Assembly: GCF_009914755.1 (NCBI RefSeq)
Contig: NC_060947.1
Length of the DNA: 64,000 bases
Direction: 5' to 3' (one strand)
Source of the DNA: the human T2T-CHM13v2.0 reference genome, Homo sapiens
Below, piece by piece: positions 53,829 through 64,000 of the stretch. Position 1 is the first letter of the stretch; every line of letters begins with the position of its first letter. A program made the translations under genes and the position numbers. The notes beneath the pieces were generated by a model that searched no databases, had not been told where the DNA came from, and was given only the letters and a program-made list of their open reading frames with translations.

Positions 53829-53902
53829 GTTTTTTTTTTCAACTTTAATTTTGGACTAGGGAGTACCTATGCAGGATTGTTACATGGGTATGTTGCATGA
53901 TG
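53829..53902 (-). mobile_element. Tiny old L1PA 3' end
   Basis: PolyT followed by CAACTTTAATTTTGG...ATGCAGGATTGTTACATGGGTATGTTGCATGATG. Confidence 0.75.
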
Positions 53903-53950
53903 AAAAGCAAAGTTTTTGATTTCAGGTTTTTGGAGAAACAAGAGTGCCTC

Positions 53951-53971
53951 GGAGCTGTCCATGGTGCTGCA
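53951..53971 (-). promoter_or_regulatory. REST/NRSF binding site (RE1/NRSE)
   Basis: GGAGCTGTCCATGGTGCTGCA against the reverse-complement RE1 consensus GG(A/C)GCTGTCC(A/G)TGGTGCTGAA: one mismatch, canonical spacing. Confidence 0.85.
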
Positions 53972-55704
53972 TGAGACCAGGCCTTCATTCTGCAGAATTC
54001 CTGCCTCTTGAAAATTCTCTAGGCCCTGACTTACAACCCTGTTTGCTGTATGGTTAACCTGCCAACCCTGCTATGTCCCCTATAAGTGATTATTTAACAT
54101 AATCTATAATTTCAGTACTAAATATTTCATGACTAATTATAACAGCTCTCTATGTTTCCCTGGGTGATATCACCACACATTCCAATTTGGCAGATCTCGG
54201 TGGGCCCAGGAATTTGTATGCAAATATACATCCTCATATAATTCTTATGAGGGACTAAAGTCCTGCTTAGACTCTAGTCTTCCCAAGGTCGCCCACCTTA
54301 ATCCCGAGCCAACTCGTCCCCAGTTGGAGACAAGAGCAGAAATTTTGATTCCACAAAGCTGTTTGATTAGGCCTCACATACATCATCTGGAATCACACAA
54401 CTGAAGCTTCATTTATGACACTGCTACAGTGTACCAATTCCTTTCCCTATATATTTTTTCTTTTTTTCAAATCCTATTTATCCTACTTCAAATCTCTATA
54501 GCACCATATTTAGAGTCATTCAGATCTTGATTTGAATCAATAACTACATTGAAACAACTCACTTAACCCTATATTCAAGCCTTCATGAATTCACCTGTCA
54601 AATGAAAAAAATAACACCTACAGCTTTGCAGAATTATTTTCAGGGTAATATGAGACATGGTTTCTAACTCAGCTAGCACATTATCTGATACACAGTTGCT
54701 CTACTTGCATGTGAGTTCTGTTCCCTTTCCTTCTCTAAATCTTTTTTAAATTCTTGCATCATTTATTACTTTATTTCATCTAATGAACTCTTGTTTCTAT
54801 CATTTGTCTCATCAACTAGCTTTCCAGATCCTTGACTAATAAAGATAGATATTGCATACTAAGTGTGTGGTGGATGGTTGCCAAGACCTGCACAGAGCAC
54901 TTTACATATCTTGGCCATGAGGACTCAAATATTGAGAGGCAGAGTTGGAATTCTGAATCTCAAGCTACAGCTCCTGTCATGCCATACTACAGTCTATTAC
55001 CATTCCATTTCCTCCAACTGTGCCTAAGCTAAGTGCCTGGTATGTGGATTAACTGCTATCAGAGTCTTTTTTACTGTAATGGAGTAGATGCATTGTCTAT
55101 ATCCTATTTGCTGAATCCACATAATTATCAGTCCGTTCAAAAAGCATAGCCAATTGCTCTATCACTTAGTAAACGACTAACTTAGACCACTGGACGGAAC
55201 TTTTTTTGGAAACCAAAAGAAAACAGCTCCTAAATTGCTGTACCTGCTCTCCTCAGATTATTATGTGCTGGAAAATCGGAGACGATTATTCATTCTCATA
55301 CACTTCACATTTTCCAGAATGGAAAATTAAGTAGCAAAGGCAGATGTCCCCTGTTGGGGCAACGATTGAGCTGGATATAGAAGACTCATATCCTGTTTGC
55401 TAAACTGGGCTGTTCTTACTATTCTCAACATGTTCACATCATCATAATAAAACAAGCGCCCCTTAAGACACCATAAATATTACAATCTCAGTCAATATAT
55501 TTATAGAGTCAGGAAGAGTTGGATATTCTCATATTCATCAACTGTAATTCATCAGGATTATTATAGTTAGGGAGGGAAACCCAAAGTTATGACACTGAAA
55601 GACATGATCAGTGAGTTTTAATAACTCAAAACATACTTGCTATATAACACAGGAATGGCTTTTGACACATTTGTCATTACTTTATAAAAATAATCCTTTA
55701 AGTT

Positions 55705-56020
55705 ACTTTGTGGTGATGAAACACTTCTTTATCTTGATAGTGGTAGTAACTATATAAATCTATAGACATGGTTAATGTCATAGAATAACAGATAATGACT
55801 CACAGTAAAAGAGCATGTGCAAAAACAGGTGAAATCCAAGTAAGGTCTACAGTCTAGTTGATTGCACTGTGCCAATGTCAGTTTATTGGGTTTGGTAATA
55901 TACTGTATTTGGTTAATATGTAACTGGGGAAAGTTGGGTTATGTATACACAGGAAATCTCTGTACTGTTTTTGCAACTCCTTGTGAGTCTATGAATATTT
56001 CACAATAAAAAAATCTTAAA
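55705..56020 (+). mobile_element. L1MC/MD 3' end
   Basis: TGTGGTGATGAAAC...TATCTTGATAGTGGT...GGGGAAAGTTGGGT...CTCTGTACTGTTTTTGCAACT. Confidence 0.8.
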
Positions 56021-56777
56021 ACATTCTTAAAACTTTATAGAAATTTTGCCTGCCTTCAAAGAGACTGTAAGGGAAAATAGAGAAAGAAGAGAGAAAATTA
56101 AAATGTCTGGCTAATTCCTAATAGGAAGTTTTCTTTATTTTTATACAAGAAACGGAAAACATAGTTGCTATATCAACAGGATTTTAGTCTATTTTCTTCA
56201 CAAAGCTGAAGAAGGTGTGAATGACTTTTCTCTGTGCAAGTGAATAATATACTAAAATTACTTGTTCCACCCTTGTTTTTGTCTTGTTTACATCCTACTT
56301 CCATAAACCTGCCAATATTTAGTCACTAATCTTAAGCTATGACAGAATTTAAAACAGATTCAATGATATGATTTGAATTCACCTTATGTAAGATATTGTA
56401 AAGCAATATGATGCCACAACACACATCTAGAAAACTGTGTCTTCTCTCAAATGGAACTGAGTTGTTCCTAAGATGTTTAACTAAAGTGATTAAATGGGCT
56501 GAATTATAACATATTGATTTTTAAATGGTCTAGCCACATTTGCATTGTTAATTTTTTACAAGATTGCACCATAGATATAAATCACTGACAAAATATTTTA
56601 AAAGTAGCATACAAAAATCGTCAACACTGGGATAAAATTTAACTTTCAAAATTAAAATAATCTTAGAAAATTCAGTTATCCAAAGGCATTAAGCAATGAC
56701 TTTTCAAAGTTGATAAGGATATAGTTTCTATTGTGAAAGTCTATTAGACAAGTACTTTTCAAAATTATATAGGTTAT

Positions 56778-57127
56778 TGTATTAGTCCGTTTTCATGCTG
56801 TGATAAAGACATACTTGAGACTGGGAAGAAAAAGTAGTTTAATTGAACTTATAGTTCCACATGACTGGGGAGGCCTCAGAATCATGGTGGGAGGTGAAAG
56901 GCACTTCTTACATGGAAGCAGAAGAGAAAATGTGGAGACGCAAGAGCAGAAACCCCTGATAAAACCAACAGATCTCGTGAGACTTATTCAGTACCATGAG
57001 AACAGTATGGGGGAAACCGCCCCCATGATTCAAATGACCTCCCACTGGATCCCTCCCACAACAAGTAGGAATTATGGGAGTAGAATTCAAGATGAGATTT
57101 GGGTGGGGACACAGCCAAACCATATCA
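56778..57127 (-). mobile_element. THE1A-like (MaLR) complete solo LTR
   Basis: TGTATTAGTCCGTTTTCATGCTG...GAGATTTGGGTGGGGACACAGCCAAACCATATCA with a perfect 5-bp TSD GTTAT. Confidence 0.95.
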
Positions 57128-57342
57128 GTTATTGAAGGAAAAATGGAAGCAAGGCATTTTCACCACCAAATTTTGCTCAAACAAGGCAGATATAACCTGC
57201 AGCTGCAGAACAATTAGGTTTATGTTTTTGAGAAGTTTATAGTTAAAAACATTTGATACAATGCTCTGCATGGTACATAGGAGTTTTGGTCACCTCATTG
57301 TTAAGCCCATTACTCCCTATGCAGTAACATTTAATATTTTTA

Positions 57343-57741
<399 letters not shown>

Positions 57742-57885
57742 TTAGTATGCACAACCCCAAACCTGCAATTTTTATTCTCCTTTGCTCTCTGTGCCTCCTA
57801 AAACATCTTATTCCTATTTTTAAAGAACTATTTTTAAAATTTTATTTATAAGAAAAAATCCAGAATTCAATATAATATAGAGTGC

Positions 57886-57886
<1 letters not shown>

Positions 57887-57932
<46 letters not shown>
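57887..57932. repeat. (AC)n microsatellite
   Basis: Direct read, ~23 units. Confidence 0.97.
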
Positions 57933-57934
<2 letters not shown>

Positions 57935-59688
57935 TCTTGCATGGTTTCTCAAATAATAGACACTCATGTAGAAAGCCTTAATTTTAATTTAAAAATTAAC
58001 ACTCTGGAAGTTACACAAGAAATGATGGGCCTTGGGGCCTTTTGTGAAAATGGCAAGATAACAAGGCAGGACAAGAGAGATGGAGATAACAGACACAATG
58101 AATATGTATCAGATTTCGTTGATACGTTCATTCTTTTTTCTACAAATAGACATTGAGGGCTCACTATATCCCTTGCGCTGCTACACACGGGGGATATGCT
58201 GATGCAAACACTGGCAACATACCTTCCTTCATGGTGCTTACATCATAATTGCAGACTCAGACAAAAACAAGGCAGGAAACAGAAACAAGGAGCTGAGCTA
58301 TAGAATAATGTTAGAGGATGGTGCAAGGGGGGTAGACAGCCCTCTCCAGGACTCTCCTTGGAGAGGATTACCTACCCAAAGCCCTGAGGCTATATAGAAG
58401 ACACGATTGCAGAGGAGGATGTCTACTCCAGAGAGACACTCTGCAAATTGTATTAAAACTTCCCACATCAAGGGGGATTTGCTGACTCTCCTTTTGTTTG
58501 AATATTGTCAGAAGACTACATAGGAAATGGTCCATCCTTCCTCACCAACCTTTACGGCCCTTCCATCCTCTGAGAAAAAGAGAGGTTTTGACAAAGGGCT
58601 TTAAAGTTTCATTGTTTTACTTGCACTTGCTGAGTCCCCTTGGGGATTTTATCTACACTATCCATCTCACAGAAAAGTCGAGAGCATTAAGCAAAGTAAC
58701 GGTTAAGAATATGCACTGAATATCATCCCTTCTTCATTAACACAGGACATTATAATTTTAAAACATCTGACTAAGTCCATGATAATATGGAACCATTCCT
58801 ATCCTTCTCTGCACAAAGGAGGAGAAATATCTGTACAGTCTTTGAACTTAGTTAGATATGGGTCTGAATTTCAGATATTTTACTCCATGCTACGACCTTG
58901 CAAAGCTTACCTAAATTCTGAACCCCAATAAACTCATGGATACATTAAAGTAAAAGCTCTGTGCATGCTTGTTAGAATAGCACACTATACATTTACCAAA
59001 TGGCAAAGTGCCTGGCATGGAGAATGATAGTTATAGTCATAAACACTAGCATCGTCATAATTGAAGAAATTACTGTCCATGGGATCTAGTCAATCATTGA
59101 GTATTCACTCAGCATTCAAGACTGATATTTTATCTGAATTCCACAAATCACCCTTCACTCAACACGGTTTTCTTATCATCATCCTTCAGGTAGAGCCCCT
59201 CCATCCTATCTCTGGATTTGCATACACTGTTTGGAATATCTTTACCATTTTCTTTTCATCAGATATCGACAACTTTTATAGGTCTACTAGATCATGAAAT
59301 CAAGGGTTATGTTCATGTATTACTTGGTTTTTGTTCTGTCCTCAGCACCCACCACAAGGCCCTGTATTTTTAAAGGAGCTCAATATAAATATATTGAATG
59401 GAATTAAATGCCATTGCTAAAGTTTTCCTCCTCATGTTAATCTTTACCCGTGTAAAAGAAACTATCCTTTACCTAGTTACACAACTTCATAATAATTTAT
59501 TACTCTGAATTTTCACAAGAACTTTTGACTTAACCACTCATTTAAAAAAAATCTGCAGATAATCCTGTAATATATTTCTCCAGCACAGTTCACCCTCATG
59601 AAGCAGGCAGTATTGAGCAAGAGGCTAGGCTCACTGGTTAGACAAGTAATTGACCCCTCACATTAAATCCATGCAATCTAAATAATGA

Positions 59689-60057
<369 letters not shown>

Positions 60058-60912
60058 ACAAATACATCTTTATATGTTTACTGTCTACTAGATACTGAAG
60101 ACTGTCATTCACTAACTGGTCACTGTGTATAACTAAATCCTTGTATTTCAATGTGATTATGAGGCCCAAGAAAATATGTTTCGTTCTGGGTACCTAATAA
60201 ACTCTTAAGACTTGCCCATCTCCCACAAACTGTAGGCAAATAATTCTTCTAATCTGCTTTTATTTCTTTATTAAGATAAAGCATTTGAGGTCACAATGTT
60301 CTATGGAAATCTAGAAATTCCTAAGGCAAAATCTAGGTGACACAATTATAGAAGATGCCGCAACTGATTTCCCTCAAGCACATTTCTGTTGCCATAGAAT
60401 CATCTCAAATCTGCCAACTTTGAAGCTGAACTCCTCTCCATTCCACTCATATGGATTCTCACATGGGTTTTAGTAGAAAAATTTAAACTATTAGAACATG
60501 GACTGATTTTTCTCTGGATTATTAAATGAGAAGGGTCTGGATTCCCCATTACTTTTCTAATTAAAATAGTATCAAAAGCAAAGACAAACCAATCCTCAGC
60601 ATGTATATTACAGAGAACCTGTTACAGAGACATTATCAAGGCCATATTTTTGGTAAAATTACTTAAAATCTGATTGAATAAAAGTTGCCTCTAATTCGTT
60701 TATATTAATAGCACTTTAAAGTAATACATACGGATACAACTTTAAAAAGTTGGGATTTATCTTATTATTATGTCCTGTTAAAATACGCTTATAAGGAAGA
60801 CCAAAAAGAGTACACTGATGAGGATCTTTGAGAAAATTAAAAATGAAAACAATAATAAATAAAATTGTCATGGCTAAAAAGCATATTTAGTCTTCATGAT
60901 GTTAAACTATTA

Positions 60913-61268
<356 letters not shown>

Positions 61269-62467
61269 ATTCACACTTTGAAATCTATTTTTTGAAAGTA
61301 TATAATCATAAATGAAAACCAAACAAAACCCTCACTGGCTAAAACAACATGATGGAAACATAAAAGTGACAAAGTTTAAGACCCATGACACATGTATGTA
61401 AGTTATTTCAAAAGAGATCACTGTTAGAAATTTGCTGGAAGTGTTTTTGTTACTGTGAATAATAACACAATTTTTGTAATTTGCAATACATCATAGATAA
61501 GGCATATACACACATAAACATTGTGAATAGTGGTAACACATTCAGTTATTGGGGCTTTCACTATAATATGCCTGGGTGTGCCTCCAACGGATGCTAAATT
61601 TAGTGCATTTGAAGTCTCTTGGAAAAAAACAGTCCCAAGGAGTTTGAAAGGGAAGGTGTTTTAAGTTCAGCACAGCATGCTCCTTGCAGCAGCAAATGTG
61701 TCTGAAAGCTTCTTGCTCTGTTGCACTGTGAGAGAACTATATTAAAATGTGTTAATAGTAGAAAGAATAAGTTCACCTCAAATACTATATTTCCTTGATT
61801 TTTGAGACAACAGTGATTTCCTGTATGTTAAAAATTATAGAGAGCAAAATACAGCCATTTCACGCTAATTTATTATCTCCATGTGAATGTGCATTTACAT
61901 TTTAGATAATATATAGATTACTTGTGAATTATAAGCCTTAAAATGAATTCAAACATGTCAGTAGGAAGAAGCTACCATATTACAGATTCTTGAAAATCAC
62001 AAATTGAAATTACCTAATGATATGATTATAATTTAATACTAGTATCAAAGGTATTTTTCCTATTATTTTATTTTACTAATTACTGTAAACTATCGGTAGG
62101 ATTATAGGAGCAAGACGTCAAGATATTTATTAACCATACTAATTTTTTATTGGAAGCCATATTAAATTTAACCTGTAAAATGAGAAAAATAAAAATAGTA
62201 ACCTCATAGATTGTGGTAAGAGTCAAATGAAATAACTTACATGAAATTGCTTTGTAAGTTTTATAGGGCTGCCATGTTTTGATTGTATGATACTATGTAT
62301 CCCTACTGTTTAGGACATCTCTTCCTGTTTAGGACATCTCTTTCATATGTGCAGAGACCTGTGTTTACTGCTTTTTTTATTCACAATGTGGTCTTTTGTT
62401 ACCATAAGTTAATGAAAACATTTTTCAGTCTTGTAATTTATAAAATGTTAGTGTTATTAACAACTAT

Positions 62468-62685
62468 ACATAGATGATAGAGATAGATAGATGATAGATA
62501 AACCGATCCATCGATAGATAGATAAGTAAAGGAGAGTGACAGAGACAGGGAGAGGGAGAGGGAAAGGGAAAGGGATGGTGGGAGAGAGAGAAGTAACTGA
62601 GTGGATGGATGGGTAGATGAATAAGTGGATGGATGGATGGAAGGAGACAGGTAGACAGCCAGATGGGTATATATGGATAGATAGC
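62468..62685. repeat. Compound (GATA)n/(GGGAGA)n/(GGAT)n low-complexity tract
   Basis: Direct read. Confidence 0.9.
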
Positions 62686-62934
62686 GTATGATCTTTGTCC
62701 TATTATTTAACTTCCCTTGCTTCAATTTTAGAAGATATAAAATAGGATAACAAGAGTACCTATCTTATAGGATTGCTATGAGCATTAAGGTAGTTAAGCC
62801 TGACACATACTAAGAGCTCAGCAAGTGTTAAGTATTTTTCACTGTAGTTGGTATTTGGCTCTTAAAGAATCTGTCACATATTTCTATACAGTTTTTAAAT
62901 TCATAGATTAGATGTAGCCTAATAATGAGAGCAA

Positions 62935-63170
62935 TCATCCATTAAGCACCCTCTATGTGTCTAAACGCAGATGTTTTACATACCGTAAGTCATATAACAT
63001 GAGAATAAACCTTTAAGACACTTACTGCTCTCCCCATTTTACAGATGAGACAACCAAGACTTAAAGTATTGCCCAAGGTCTTAGAGTTGGTAACTTGCAA
63101 AGGCAAGAACAATGACCACAAAACCAGAACAACTGACAGCAGAGTATCTGTTCCAGCTCCAATAATTACT
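62935..63170 (-). mobile_element. MIR SINE
   Basis: CCCCATTTTACAGATGAGACAAC...TTGCCCAAGGTC core. Confidence 0.8.
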
Positions 63171-64000
63171 GGCTACATCAGTTCTGTGGGTCCCTTCATG
63201 ATGGTACCTATACCTCTAGAGTTTAAAAATAAATTATCGTTTAATTTTTGCATAAACTCTATGATGTAAGTCAATAATAATTCCTCTTCTTTCTTAACTC
63301 ACTAGCATACTGTAATAAACATCCATATACCCACCATGCAGATCCCAGCAATTATAAACTCAAGGGCCCATATGGTTTCATCTACATCCCACCAAGCGCA
63401 ACCCACCCCTAAACCTAGCTTTGTATTATTTTGCAAGTGACCTAAGTGATCCTTCTTTTGCTGCTTGGAATACCAAGTTAATGAGTTATTTCATGTGAGA
63501 TAGCTAATAAATCACAAAGCTGTTGCTTGAGAATAGGTGTCCCAATATTGCTGTGTTTCATTTTCATTCTATGATAGGTAGCGTTTTTATGATATATGTC
63601 ATTGGCAGCAAAAAATTATATACTTTACTGATTGACATATGACTTCTGGTGAACGCTTAAAATACTTGATTTTGTTTTTATATACATATGTATGTATGTA
63701 TAAGCAAAGATCATCCCATATTCCTATTAAATAGATAAGTTGATATTTGACAAATACACTGACTTTAGAAAAAATATGAAATCAAATATAAAATAATACA
63801 GCTGTGTACGGTACATTGTGATGTTAACATAAAAGAAGTAGTGAACAGGAATTTGTGTATGTGTGTATTTTTGTATGTCATATATGTTTGTTAGCATAGA
63901 AAAAGCAGCCAGAAAGTTACACACCAAAATGTTAATTCTGGTTTCCAACTGGCACTTAGATTTTCTAGTATGCTTAGGTTTTCATATTAGCATACTGATA

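Overview
AT-rich, CpG-depleted primate (human-like) genomic DNA, as shown by AluY/S/J, L1PA and THE1 elements. It reads as a large intron or intergenic region. I recognise no protein-coding gene, and nearly all ORFs in the track are artefacts of Alu, L1, LTR or microsatellite sequence. Much of the window is interspersed repeat (Alu, L1, L2, MIR, MaLR/ERV LTRs, hAT MERs). Subfamily calls come from recalled consensus sequences, and boundaries of old repeats are approximate. Notable items: (1) a near-consensus REST/RE1 silencer at 53951-53971; (2) three candidate minus-strand exons (42289-42400, 26422-26506, 16864-17071) that splice into one 135-codon open frame; (3) a complex multi-template insertion at 36339-36803 copied from 38398-38752 and 35857-35888; (4) a tailless 5S rRNA retropseudogene with TSDs inside an MST LTR; (5) a twin-primed, 5'-inverted L1PA; (6) a recursive-splice-like AG|GTAAGT site at 391-398 overlapping an opposite-strand donor; (7) several smaller template-switch and duplication scars.
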